Origin: Eledone cirrhosa
Lineage: Eukaryota
NCBI GenBank assembly: GCA_964016885.1
Contig: OZ024742.1
Coordinates: 263,004,001 to 263,068,000, forward strand
Reading direction: 5' to 3'
DNA: 64,000 bases
Shown: positions 39,421-52,831 of the stretch, one piece after another
How the letters are laid out: every line of letters starts with the position of its first letter
Position numbering within the stretch: position 1 is the first letter of the stretch
Program-made: the position numbers and the translations under genes
Notes under the pieces: model-generated
What the model saw: only the letters and a program-made list of their open reading frames with translations
Database searches by the model: none
Told to the model about the DNA's origin: nothing

Positions 39421-40139
39421 CTTCTTTACTATTGCTCCTCTCGTTCTAATTCTCTCTTATTTCCTCTAACTACTTCTTGAATTGATTTCTCACATGTCCT
39501 CAGTTTTCACTTATTCTCTGCTCCATACCACTCTCTTTTCCTGTTGCTACCCGGGACTATCATTATAATCAACTTTTCTGTCCTTATTTAAAAATATAAG
39601 GTGTGATTTGAGGAAGATTTGGTTACTATTTGTAGCAGGTCAGACGACCACATAAAGGCTCGTTGCACAGGCGCGCGCGCGCGCACACACACACACACAC
39701 ACACATTGGATTGGATAATGCAGTCTTAAAAAGACGGGATAGATGACTTTTGCTCCTGAATTTGCCTGATCATGGTTGACCAAGGACTTGATTAATCCTA
39801 GCTCTCTACTTCTTGATTCTTACACATTATTATTCCTTTATTATTATATCAGCAATACGTTCTTTCTTTTATCACCTTTCTTTTATCACCTTTTTTTATT
39901 ATATCAAGCTCACCCCCACACACAGCTACATACTGAACAATCTTACTTCGACCTAGAAGCACATCCATGAAAATAAATATTGAACCTTTGAGACACAGCT
40001 GCCAAATATCTATAAAACTACATTCGGTACATATTCATTTGAGCGTGGACATTTAAAACTCCCTGTAATTTTTTTTATTGTGCTTTTTTAACGGCGTTCG
40101 GGTTTATATATTTTGAACTTCAGAGATTCTGAATGTGCA

Positions 40140-40190
<51 letters not shown>

Positions 40191-40482
40191 TGTTTCTATT
40201 TTGGCACAAGGCCAGCAATTATCCCAGTACATTACTGGTGCTTTATTTTATCGACCCCGTAAAGATGAAAGACAAAGTTAACCTCTCAGACCGTAAAGGG
40301 TCGTAACTCTATGCTGTAAAGTATGGCGTCTGACGCTCTGTAATAATTTTAAAATTAAAATAAATTAAAATTTGTTTAAATCAGAGACTAATTAGGGTTA
40401 GAGGATTTACAGCTGCAGTACTTTCTTGTATTAAAATATGCTTAATTTGCATTTGAAATGTATAAATATTTCTTAACTTGTC

Positions 40483-40483
<1 letters not shown>

Positions 40484-40513
<30 letters not shown>

Positions 40514-41395
40514 CTTCTTCTTCTTCTTCGTCTTCTTGAGAGGGTCGTGGGGGCAAAGTCCTGAAACACTCCTCCCAACGGGTCCTGTCAGAAGCAACCA
40601 TCACAAGCGAGACCAACCGAGTTCATGGATATTATCCAACCATCTTGTTCTGGTCTATCCCTGGGTCTCCTGCAGGCTGGTTTTGCCCTTAAAATCTCCA
40701 GCGATTCTTTCCTGAAACATTCTAACCCCATGCCACAGTATCGGAGCTGTGATCTCTCAATTCGGAGTAATAGCGACTTTACCTGGAATGACTCTCTGAT
40801 CTCCGAGCTACGCACTCTGTCGAGTAATGTTACTCCTAAGACCTTTCAGAGGAACCCCATTCCGGCAGCTGGTATTCGCGATCGTATTCTTTTGGTCATT
40901 ACCCAAGATTCATACCGAATTGAAGATAGCGAGTTTGGCTTTTACACCTACCTCCCTTCTGATTACTGAATGCTAAATCTGGGGCATTACTGCATCAGCT
41001 TTTGCAATTCTTGCACTTAATTCAACCTTCTGCCTTCCATCACTCGTGAACACGACTCCGAGGTACTTGAACTGCTCTACCTGCTTCAGTGGAACTCCAT
41101 TCACGTGTAGAGTGCACTGCACAGGCTTCCTTGAGAGGACGAGTGTCTCAGTTTTCGCAGCACGGATTTTCATTCCAGCCATGCAGCACTCGGCATCAAA
41201 CCTGTCAAGTGCCAGTCGAAGATTACCTTCTGTCGAGTTAAGTAACACCATGTCGTCTGCAAATTCCAGCCGACTGATTTTACTCCTGCCAGTCGTGTTA
41301 CCACTTCCAACTCGGCTGCGCATGTCAATTCTGTTCATGATAATGAACAAATGTAACTGATCGCACATTTAGAGGAGTCCGATTCCCACATTGAA
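40484..41395 (-). mobile_element. RTE LINE 3' fragment (same family as 34845-36610)
   Basis: SRLEFADDMVLL...VEQFKYLGVVFTSDGR and LLLRIERSQLRY; (GAA)n tail on the minus strand. Confidence 0.82.
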
Positions 41396-41404
41396 AATTT
41401 TAAA

Positions 41405-41505
41405 TGTTGTTTCGCGGTTGTATTTGTTTGGCAAGTGACTTGATTTGAGTGCGTGTGTTGAAACTGAAATAATTACACCGTGGAAGAGTCAGTTTTTCCA
41501 TTTAA

Positions 41506-41551
<46 letters not shown>

Positions 41552-41790
41552 TTCACTTTTACTTTGTGAAGTGTCTTAATTTTCGTCGCACCTCTTCGAC
41601 ATGGTCGCTGACTCAATTCTACTGCAATGGAATAGTGTCAGAGACCAGGCAACAGTAATTCGACAAAAAATGTCACCTCACGAAATAAATGAAAAGTGAA
41701 TAAAACAGTTTGTGTGTGCACGCGTGCGCGTGTATAACAGCTAAAATTGCTCTTCCACGGTGTAATTGCTAAAATGTTGTTGTTTCAGTT
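41405..41790. repeat. Inverted-repeat element related to the tail of 917-1320
   Basis: aattacaccgtggaagag (~41471) and ctcttccacggtgtaatt (~41750). 41405-41465 resembles the reverse complement of 1262-1318. Confidence 0.55.
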
Positions 41791-41889
41791 GCAATTTATT
41801 CATGATGAAATTATAATTATGAATGTAAAACAAAATATATCTATATACTGCAAATGCAAACGAAATATATTCATATGATACAATTTATA

Positions 41890-42090
41890 TCTATATATAA
41901 ATTTGAGCAACTTCTGTCCGTCCATACGTCACACACTAGAGATGACTGAAGATGGAAGGGGTGATGATGTCACACACTAGAGATAACTGGTGAAGTAAGG
42001 GATGATGACGTTACGCACTAGAGATGATTGAGGAAGGAAAGGTGATGACGTCACACACTAGAGATTACTGAGGAAGGAAGGGGTGATGAC
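41890..42090 (+). mobile_element. Helitron-like 5' end followed by a ~41-bp minisatellite (4 units)
   Basis: A|TCTATATATAAAT...CTGTCCGTCC, then gtcacacactagagat.actgaggaaggaaggggtgatgac repeats. Confidence 0.6.
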
Positions 42091-42488
42091 AAACTACAGA
42101 AAACAGCGTTTAACATTCACTACACTTGCGTGAATGTATGCGTGTATTTGTGTAAATGTATGTGTTTTTGTCGTGTGGGTGTCACTACAAAAATAACCCA
42201 CTCACACTGTAATGTGGTTGTGTAGGTGTCACTACAAAAATAACCCAACCCACACTGTAAAGTGGTTGTGTAGGTGTCACAACAAAAAGCACCCAGTACT
42301 CACTATGGCTGTTGTTGTTGTTAGGAAGGGCATCCAGCTGTAGAAACAAAGCCAAAATCAGTTCTGTAGGAGCAAGACATGGTTCACAGCAGTACAACAC
42401 TTCTAACCCATGCGAGCGTAGCAAAATCGACGTTAAACGGCGACGATGATGATCATGATCATGATGATATATGTATATATATATATAT

Positions 42489-42675
42489 AAATGGCTTCTA
42501 CAGGACTAGGAATGTTTCATTCAGGAGAAATCATCAGGAAGCCCTGATGATTTCTCCCGAATGAAACAGTTCTAGTCCTGTAAAAGCCATTTCTATATTA
42601 AATATTTATACTCTGCTTTGTATTGAGTACCTTACTTATTGTGGTTACCCCCGATTGAACCCGGGATAACCTTAT
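42489..42675 (+). mobile_element. Fold-back element centred on a hammerhead-like core
   Basis: About 50-bp arms (42489-42538 / 42543-42592) with a 4-nt spacer. CTGATGA-t-TTC-tccc-GAA-t-GAAAC-agttcta-GTC at 42544-42577. Confidence 0.6.
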
Positions 42676-43034
42676 ATATATAATAAAATATGGCATAAAA
42701 ATTTATTAAGTCAATGGCATAAAAATTTATTAAGTCAAGGTTATTAACATTTCCTTTAACCTTCTTTTGTCATTCAGGTTTTATTTTTTTGATTTCCAAA
42801 TCAAAGAAAGATGTATTTATATTTCCCCCATTTGTCGTGATATTACTAAATGATAAAGGACTAGTGGTTTCAAATTCAACGCTCCTGGCGTATTATTGCC
42901 AGATAATAGGATAAACGGTTAATTTGGAAGTTGAAACAATTTTTCTTTTGCTTTTTACTTATAAAACTGTGAAATAACATTCTTTTCCGGAATAAAGATT
43001 CGTTTCTTCCATTGAATACAAGTTATGGAATATA

Positions 43035-43232
43035 CGAAGGTGGGCTGTAAAGTTCATAGGCTGGCCAAGATACTCTGATGGAATGAGCAAATGAGGTTTA
43101 TTTTTCAACATAATCCTTGGAAAGAAACATTGCAGTTATGAATTAGAAGAGTTGAAATTAATGCATGCAAGATTTCACAGTACTAGCATCACTCCTTCAT
43201 AGTCAGCATATGAACCTTTCAGCCAACCTTCG
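43035..43232. mobile_element. Tc1/mariner-derived MITE
   Basis: TA TSD; ~29-bp imperfect TIRs cgaaggtgggctgtaaagttcataggctg / cagcatatgaacctttcagccaaccttcg. Confidence 0.8.
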
Positions 43233-44333
43233 TAGTTGCCCGATGATACTCTTAAGAATTCGGGGGAAATTTCTTGCCTACCTAGGTATCTGCACTTACA
43301 GTTTCACTAGACAGTGTTAGTAAGTCATGTCATTTGAATTGTTAAAACCAATCTCTGCTTGCGAATCCTTTTGAATTATCTCATTCTTGATCATACTCCT
43401 TTGGTTTGCCTTATAAGTTAGCTTAGTGCCATGTTGAGTTTTGTCATCCACCCGTTTTGCTTTTTCAAAGATTTACCCCTTGAATAAATCACCTTGGGGT
43501 CATCATGATAGAAGATTTTATTTTGTTTGGAGTTTTTTAATCGTTGTTAAGGTCGAGTTTAAAGACTTACCTATGTACGCTTGACCCTCACTAGCTTTAA
43601 GTCGCCCCAACACTTGAAGTTTTACATCTAATGTGATGCTTTTTTTTTTTTTGCACCTAAGCTGAACTTTCAGTCATATTATATCTAAGACTACTTTATC
43701 CGACCTATCATTCCATTTTTTTAAGGCAATAGATTTTGATTTTAGGTACATTGTACTGCCATTTCTAGAAGTCCGAGTGACCAAACTTAACATCATTCGT
43801 GGGCCTTTCACAGAGACGTGCATGTATATGATGTGGTGTTGGTATCTGTAATATACGTACATATGGTCTTAAGTAATCAGATTAACTCAATCCAAAGGTC
43901 ATTCGATGCAATAAGCTTTATTGCATTTAGTTTGTATAACAACAAAATTCTAACCTTCATCTCGCCATCTATTATAAGACATACATATATTGTGGGTCAT
44001 AAGCTTTCATATATGAGATGGCCAAAAATTGAGTCAAATGATAATACTCTACTACTGATGATACTAATTAATAGATACCACACATGCACACACACACATA
44101 TAGACCCGGATTCTTCACCCCCACCCCACACACACATGCCGGGCTACCCGCCTTCCTCCTCACCCGACCTGCTTTTCTCTTTTTTTTCTTCCAAACTTTC
44201 CATGTTCCGCTTTCTCCGACCGTTCCTCCTTTTTTATGAAGGGCTAACGTCCGATGCGTTAAAACATATATTTCCCTTTCCCAACAAGCGAACAGAATAA
44301 TTGCTTTTGTATATCTGTGTTTGTCATTTTTTT

Positions 44334-44387
<54 letters not shown>

Positions 44388-44390
<3 letters not shown>

Positions 44391-44535
44391 TCCCAAACTT
44401 CTTAGTCGTCTGAAACATCGTGGCGGAGACGTCTGCGTCTTCGTGGATGAAAAGAAGTTTGTGGTAGACGACGTTGAAAGCCATCAAAATTCACGAGTTT
44501 TAGCGTACGACCCTTCACAAGTCCCTTCAGCTATA
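44388..44535 (+). mobile_element. Tc1/mariner (maT/DD37D-like) transposase fragment
   Basis: KLLSRLK...VFVDEKKFVVD...HQNSRVLA, around the first catalytic Asp; flanked by (TA)n. Confidence 0.65.
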
Positions 44536-45278
44536 CATAATATATATATTTATATATATATATCTGTAAATGTGGTTGATGTTAGGCATCCAGCTGTAGA
44601 AAGCAAGTCAAATTCAATTCTATGCAAGCGAAACACGGTTCTTCGAGCTGGATCTCTCATCCGTTCTACTCATGCTAGCGTGGAAAATGGACATTAAACG
44701 ATGACAGTATATATATATATATTTTTTTTTTTTTTTTATCCACACGCCACCCACACCCACAACACGCTTAAACCACACACACGTGCTTCCCACCACATAT
44801 TTACACCCTCAGCCTCCTGATTCCTCTCTCCCCCCACCCCCTATCCACACACGCACAGACACTCCGACCCACAAAAACACCCCCCACACACACCTTCCTG
44901 AACATGCAACCCCGTACTTCCCCCAACCCTCACTTTCACATACACACACACACACACACACGCACACCTAACCACACACACCACCTTCAGCCCTCCCCGC
45001 TCGGACACCCCGTCTCCCTCTCCCCACTCCCCCCGCCACCACCCCTACTCACCCCACACCCTTCCACCACCTGTTTACCCCCCTTTTAATTTCAGTTTAT
45101 TTTGATCATGCCTTTATTTTTAAATTTTCTCATTCCTTGTATTTTGATCATGCTTTATTTTTATTTATTATATTTTTTGTCTTTATTTGTTAATTTTTCA
45201 TTCGCACCGTTTCCTTTCGCTATATGTCTCTCCACCACTCCCCTACACACCTTTTGAACTCTGTTCCCACACACTTCT

Positions 45279-45311
45279 CACCTGAAGAAGGGCTTATGCC
45301 CGAAACGTCGT
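45279..45311 (+). ncRNA. Minimal hammerhead ribozyme-like motif (PLE type)
   Basis: AC-CTGAAGA-A-GGGC-ttat-GCCC-GAAAC-GTC-GT, followed by AATAAA and (TA)n. A more decayed relative lies at ~44234-44260. Confidence 0.7.
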
Positions 45312-45397
45312 CCCCCACCTACCCCCCACTCTCCTGAGCGTGAATTTAATAAACATTTATTGTACTGCCTCTCTGTTCTGTCCCTGTTCAATTTTTC

Positions 45398-45462
<65 letters not shown>

Positions 45463-45464
45463 AT

Positions 45465-45495
<31 letters not shown>

Positions 45496-45497
45496 AT

Positions 45498-45528
<31 letters not shown>

Positions 45529-45532
45529 GTAT

Positions 45533-45567
<35 letters not shown>

Positions 45568-45706
45568 ATTATATATATATATATATTATATATATATATT
45601 ATATACATATATATTATATATATATTATATATTATATACATATATATATTATATATATATATATTATATACATATATATTATATATATATGTATTATATA
45701 TATTAC

Positions 45707-45759
<53 letters not shown>

Positions 45760-46098
45760 TATATAATACATATATATATATAGTATATATAATACATATA
45801 TATATACTATATATATATATATATATATAGTATATATAATACATATATATATATATAGTATATATAATACATATATATATATAATATATATGTATATAAT
45901 ATATATATATATGTATTATATATACTACATATATATATATATAGTATATATAATACATATATATATATAGTATATATAATACATATATATATACTATATA
46001 TATATATATATATAGTATATATAATACATATATATATAGTATATATAATACATATATATATAATATATATGTATATAATATATATATGTATATAATAT

Positions 46099-46371
<273 letters not shown>

Positions 46372-46383
46372 TTTATATATATA

Positions 46384-46461
<78 letters not shown>

Positions 46462-46537
46462 TATATATATATATATATATATATTTTATATATATATATA
46501 TATTTTTTATATATATTATATATATATATATATATAT

Positions 46538-46774
46538 AATTGTTTCTACTTTTGGCACAAGGCCAGCAATTACCCAGTACATTACTAATGTAGTGGCGGT
46601 GGATTGGCAGTATCGGTAGAGGGTCGGACGCCATGCTTTCCAGCATACTTACGTCTCTTTACGATCTGAGTTCAAATCCCGCCAAGGTTGACTTTGCCTT
46701 TCATCCTTACGGGGTCGATAAAATAAAGTACCAGTAATGAACTGGGTTATTGCTGGCCTTGTGCCTAAAGTAGA

Positions 46775-46780
<6 letters not shown>
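46538..46780 (+). mobile_element. tRNA-derived SINE with an inverted copy of its own tail at its 5' end, within (TA)n
   Basis: 46538-46586 is the reverse complement of 46733-46779. Confidence 0.8.
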
Positions 46781-46862
<82 letters not shown>

Positions 46863-46874
46863 TGATAATATATC

Positions 46875-49800
46875 GACACTTTATATCTGTATTAATACTA
46901 CTACACCAAACGACCATTGTTCAACTGGTCAAATATAGATTAAAATAGGCACTCCCAAAAATTCTTATTTAGATAAAATAAGCCACATACTCATTGTATT
47001 CTCATTAAAAACCTTCTATATACTTGTTTACCAGCAAATTGAATTGCCATCTGTCATATACTATCCCTTCTCTTCTTCCTTTCTTACAACTAATATAAAT
47101 ACTTTGATTTTTCTGATTTTTTTCCAATGTATCCAATATCTCTGAAGGAGTGACAACTGATTATACATTTGCTATCGAATACTTGCTAACATTATATGAT
47201 TACGCAAGCAGCGATACATAGGTATTCCGTCTGTTACAGAAACATATTTCAATACCTAATAAATTCCTTTATAAAAGCACTTTCATTTTATATTCATCTT
47301 TTCTACATTTTCTCCGGTATATAATTTATACTCGTTGAGCAAACCTACACCTACGCTGTTCATCTCTAATGTGACGATATATTATCACTACATTATTGAT
47401 AACTTGAAATTTTAATAATCTCCTATACAGTTGAGCAACTAATTCAGCATACGTCTCTAAAATGGAAAGGCACCAATTAGATATGTCGTTAAATAACATA
47501 CCTATTCAGGCAAAAAAGGAATATATTCTAGGTATGATACGAAGGACCAATGATTTTATTCGACGAATCAAATGGAAAACATTCCATTTTGACAAAAGCC
47601 GTATAAACCAAACATCGGATCCTAACAAGGATAAATTTGGATTTAAATCTTACAAAAACCCACCCTCAAACCCACTTTTGGATGCATTTGAACAGGACCT
47701 AATGGATACGATCATGGAGATCAAATTTACAAAACGGAAAAACAATAAACTACAGAATGACATCACGACACTGCTCAATAATCTAAAAAACGCCAATGGA
47801 ATTATTGTTAGAGCAGACAAAACATCAAACGTATATACCATGGATGTGGATACTTACAATAACTTCATCCGTAAAGAATTGCATAAAAAATACAGGAAAA
47901 CTAATGAAGCTACACTTAGAAACATCAACAACTCGGCATGTGAAATTGTTAAAAAACTTTGTATTGACGATAGAACGCAACCCTTAACACCAGCTACACC
48001 ATCCTTCAACCTGAAGGACCATAAGGTAAACTTCGATACTGACCCTAAAATTAGACTTATATGCCCCTCTAAATCTGATACAGGCAAAATTAACAAATAT
48101 ATATTAGACAGAATTATCCCCCAAGTTAAGGCTAAAGTAGATATTAAACTATGGGGCAATAAGATGGTTTAATAGCATTACTGATAAGAAGAAATCAAAA
48201 TTTATTCAGTTCGATATTGATGAGTATTATTCCTCAATCTCACCTGATACTCTGCATGAAGCCCTTTCGTTCGCTAAGGCTAACTCCGACCTTACGGATG
48301 ATGAAATTAGTATTATTATGGAAGCGAGGAAAACTATTGTTAAATTTGATGATAGCTACTGGGTTCGCAAAGATAGACCTTCTAATTTTGATATAACTAT
48401 GGGTTCCAATGATTCGGCGGAAGTAACTGATCTTGTGGGAATTTATATCACCCACAGACTACAAGGAAAATTCAAGGATCTCCACGGTGGACTCTACCGT
48501 GACGATGCGCTCCTATTAGTTAAGCATATGAATAACCAGAATATAGAAAGGATGCGTAAAAATATTAGAAAACTTTTTACGGAACTAGAATTAAATATTA
48601 CGTTTGAATATAACCTCAAAGAGGTTAATTTCCTTGATGTTACTTTGAATCTCAATACAGAAACGATTAAACCGTTCCATAAACTAAATGAGAACCTTAA
48701 ATATGTAAATACGGGTTCTAACCATCCACCCTCTATAATTAAATCCATCCTTAGAAATATTTGCCTTAGAATTTCCCACCTGTCGTCCAACCTTCAAAGA
48801 ACATGCCGAATATTATGATGATGCACTTAGGAAGGCTGGACACCTAGATAATATAGAGTATATAGTCGACGATCACCAAAACACCCAAAATAAATCTCAT
48901 AGAGGTAGAAATAGCATATGATCACCACCATACATACACTACCGCAATAGACACACTAATAGTCGCACACCACCAAACAGAAGGCGATGTAAAGAGTATA
49001 TATGGTCCAACCCGGTCTATAACAACTCTATTAAAACCAATCTACCCTCACAATTCTTTCGATTAGTTAAAAAACATTTTCCAACATCACATAAATATAA
49101 TAAAATCTTAAACCCTAACACTATTCGACTTTCATATTCAACCGCCCCTAATATTGAACAACATATAAAAAAGCTTAACGCAAAACGGTTGTATAAACGC
49201 CTTCCAACACATAACAATACACGTAAAACATCGGCTATAACATCACAAAACAACAAACAACATCTCGTCATGCCTAAGCAACCTCATCAACCCATCCATG
49301 GTAATACAACAACGCATAATTATAACTGTAACTGTGTCCAACCAGGAATGTGTCCGTTGAACAATCAGTGTCTTGAACGCAACATCATATACAAATGTAC
49401 TATCGAATCGGGTAGCCAGAAGTGGTACTATGTGGGGTCTACAGCTACCTCCTTCAAATCTCGCCTTTATAGACATCGTTACTCGATAAAACATGAAAAC
49501 CAGCGTTATGTAACAACACTCGCAGACAAGGCTTGGCAGCTGCGCGAAAATAAACAACAATTTAACCTAAAATGGGATATAATAGTAACTGCCCCTGCAT
49601 ATTTCCAAGGACAGGAATTTTGTAAATTGTATAATATGGAAATATTTTGTATTATGAAATTCAAAAATATTTTATTAAATAACAGAATAGAGCGATGGTT
49701 ATACTGTAACCATCACTTGAAATCTACATTTTCATATTACAAACGCTACCAGGATTGAACACCTGTCTCAATCTCCGTTTGATTGTCAAAATACATATTA

Positions 49801-50408
49801 ACATTCTCTATTACTCTTAATTCTATCAACTCTTCTATTCTTTACCATTTAATATAAACTGCTATAGATAAAATGAGATTTCTTAATTCAATTCCCTAAT
49901 GTATATCCCAGCAGGCTACTAGCATTGTTGTTATACAGTAGCAGTAAAAATCTCTCTCTTCCTCACTTGACACTTTATATTTGTATTAATACTACTACAC
50001 CAAACGACCAGCCCTGTCCATTGTTCAACTGGTCAAATATAGATTAAAATAGGCACTCCCAAAAATTCTTATTTAGATAAAATAAGCCATATACTCATTG
50101 TATTCTCATTAAAAACCTTCTATATACTTGTATACCAGCAAATTGAATTGCCATCTGTCATATACTATCCCTTCTCTTCTTCCTTTCTTACAACTAATAT
50201 AAATACTTTGATTTTTCTGATTTTTTCCAATTTATCCAATATCTCTGAAGAAGTGACAACTGATTATACATTTGCTATCGAATACTTGCTAACATTATAT
50301 GATTACGCAAGCAGCGATACATAGGTATTCCATCTGTTACAGAAACATATGTCAATACCTAATAAATTCCTTTATAAAAGCACTTTCATTTTATATTCAT
50401 CTTTTCTA
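46875..50408 (+). mobile_element. Penelope-like element, near full length, with two direct pseudo-LTRs
   Basis: Direct repeats 46875-47305 and 49969-50408. ORF pieces 47462-48172 (ADKTSN), 48318-48818 (FDITMGS..., GLYRDD, VNFLDVTL, SNHPP) and 49189-49758 (GIY-YIG: IIYKC...YYVGST..FKSRLYRH). Flanked by (TA)n. Confidence 0.9.
50240..50357 (+). ncRNA. Candidate hammerhead motif with ~90-nt stem II insertion in the 3' pseudo-LTR
   Basis: CTGAAGA (50245-50251) ... GAAAC-atat-GTC (50342-50353). Both half-cores are mutated in the 5' pseudo-LTR. Confidence 0.4.
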
Positions 50409-50631
50409 TATATATATATATATATTTTATATATATTATATATATATATATATATTATATTTATATATATATATATTTTATAGATATATATATATTATAT
50501 ACATACTTATATATATATATATATTATACATAACAAAGGAATTGTGGTAAGGAACCAGATGGACCATAACGCACCTGAGTACTCAATACTTAGGGTCATA
50601 CTTTTTCCTATATTATACATATATATATTAT

Positions 50632-51080
50632 CCGACGTGTGGCTTATGTATTGACGAACGAATAACTATTCTAAAGAGATTACGCAATAGCGATTGCCTA
50701 AACACGAGAAATGAATTTTTCACACGTTGTCCACACGTCTGGAAACACCTCTTACATAACTACAAGGCTCCGGACTGATTATTTGTAATTTTATTTTCAA
50801 CCTAAAAACTTTTCGGACTTTCGCAGTTATCTCCCTTACACCTCTCGCACGGGGTCTAGTATTGCCTGTGTGAAGTGACCGGGTTTCTGCGCATGCGCGT
50901 TCGTACGGTTGTCCTTCCTGTTCCTATAACCATGCCCATTCCGAGCTGAGGATCCGTTAAGGTGAAACAATTGTTCTCGGTATGGTGAACTAACTGTTGT
51001 GTAACCACTTCTACCTAACTCGTCCCATGGACTGAGTGCTCTATCACTACGGATATTACCTTCCAGTGTTCCACCACTAT
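50632..51080 (+). mobile_element. Second PLE family, 3' end (endonuclease C-terminus and pseudo-LTR)
   Basis: 50632-50778 reads PTCGLCIDERITILKRLRNSDCLNTRNEFFTRCPHVWKHLLHNYKAPD* (not in the ORF track); a hammerhead follows. Confidence 0.75.
50941..50980 (+). ncRNA. Type-I hammerhead ribozyme-like motif with palindromic helix III
   Basis: CCGAG-CTGAGGA-t-CC-gttaa-GG-t-GAAAC-aatt-GTT-CTCGG. Helix I is 5 bp and extendable; AACAATTGTT is self-complementary. Confidence 0.75.
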
Positions 51081-51829
51081 ATTATGTATATATATATATA
51101 TACTAATAAAGCTGACGGCCGTATGTATGTAACAAACAAACTTTTCGCCAAACAGCTGAACCAAACGGCACCAAAGTTGCACCATCGGTGTAACTTTTTC
51201 CAAGTAAGAAAGTGAGGGTATTTTTGTCTACTAAATTTTGTTAAAAGATTAAAGATATTATTTAAATATTCACTTCTTTAAAATTTTCAAATGTCAACAC
51301 TTCCGGTTTTACGACATTCCCCTCTTTTTCTTAGTCTGTCTTTGTAGATAGATACATAGCTATAACGTCGCGCCCTTATAATATGTCTCATTATTAAAAC
51401 CAATCATTGACTTCGCTATCTGTGTGTGTGTATATATGTATATTTATGATACTAACACTATATATATATATAGTGTGTGTGTATATATATATATAGTGTT
51501 AGTATAATAACTAAGAGACAGTTTAATTTGTACATTTTATTACAGCATTCCTTTATACGTATATATACATACATAAACATGTTAGTTACAGTTGTATAAA
51601 AAAGAAGTATAATTGTTTCTACTTTTGGCACAAGGCCAGCAATTGTTCCAGTACATTACTGGTACTTTATTACATATTATATATATAATACGACATTCCT
51701 CTCTCTTTCTTACTCTGTCTTTTTAGATAGATACATAGCTATAACGTCGTGCGCTTATAATATCCGTTTGTATGTCTGTCTGTCTGCATTGACTTCGCTT
51801 CTAACCAATTTTTAATTAATTATATATAA

Positions 51830-52660
51830 TACGGATACCTCTCCAGAAACCCGGGAAATCGACTGACGCGTGTTCCCTCAGAAACTGTCCGATGCGCCAT
51901 ATGAACTGTTGCTTACGCACATACGTTGTATACAAGGTAAAATGTGACAAGTGCAACCACTACTATATCGGTAGCACAATCCGGCCGCTACATATCCTGA
52001 TCAAGGAGCACATCAACACCAGGGCCTCGTCTTTCCGGAAACACATAACCAAATGCGGAAACAAAGACGGAAGGCCCATTGTCACAGTGCTAGCGACAGA
52101 ACGCAACGTCGGCACGTTATGAATCAAGGAAGCACCTTGGATCAAACGCCTAGGACCACAAAAAAATAACCGATCCGAGAGAAACGAGACGAGGTGGCTG
52201 GTGTAAACAAACGAGACAACACACGCACACACACACACAGTGGAATTCGAACGATTGTTATTGTGTGTTTAGCGCCCCCACCGACCAACAAGCGACCAGA
52301 CAGACTACTATACTGCTAGTACCAAAGACTAGTACATATAGGTAGTACAATGAATTGACAGCTAACGCCATCCCACTCCCACAATAAAAAGGAGCTGCTT
52401 TGACCTTTGCTTGACCGCACCTATTCCGCGCGCACGTGCGCTCTACAGAATACCTCAGTTACACACAAACAGCGGACAACAGAGGCCACGTACCGTTCCT
52501 CTCCGACAGATAACTTTCACCCCCGAAAAACCCCCCAGTTGATGGATGCGAATCCGAAATACAGGGACAATTAAATCTCTCCCAAGGTAACTCTATCTTG
52601 TGTTATTATTTTTATTTTTTACGCTCTTTCCTACGTTCCTCTACACACTATACATTTCAA
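51830..52660 (+). mobile_element. Third PLE family, 3' fragment (GIY-YIG) with decayed hammerhead
   Basis: VVYKVKCDKCNHYYIGSTIRPLHILIKEH...L*IKEAPWIKRLGP..NNRSE. CCC-CAGTTGA-t-GGAT-gcga-ATCC-GAAA...GGG at ~52533-52566. Confidence 0.72.
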
Positions 52661-52831
52661 TCTACATTCCCTTACATCTCTCTCTTCACCACCGGATTCT
52701 GTTACCCGGCGATTTAACCATCTGCATTGTTGAGGCTTCCATAACTACAAAAAGAAAAATGTTATTATTCCACAATGCTTCAAGCAAACTTCAATACTCT
52801 CTTAATTATATATAATTATATATTCGTGTAC

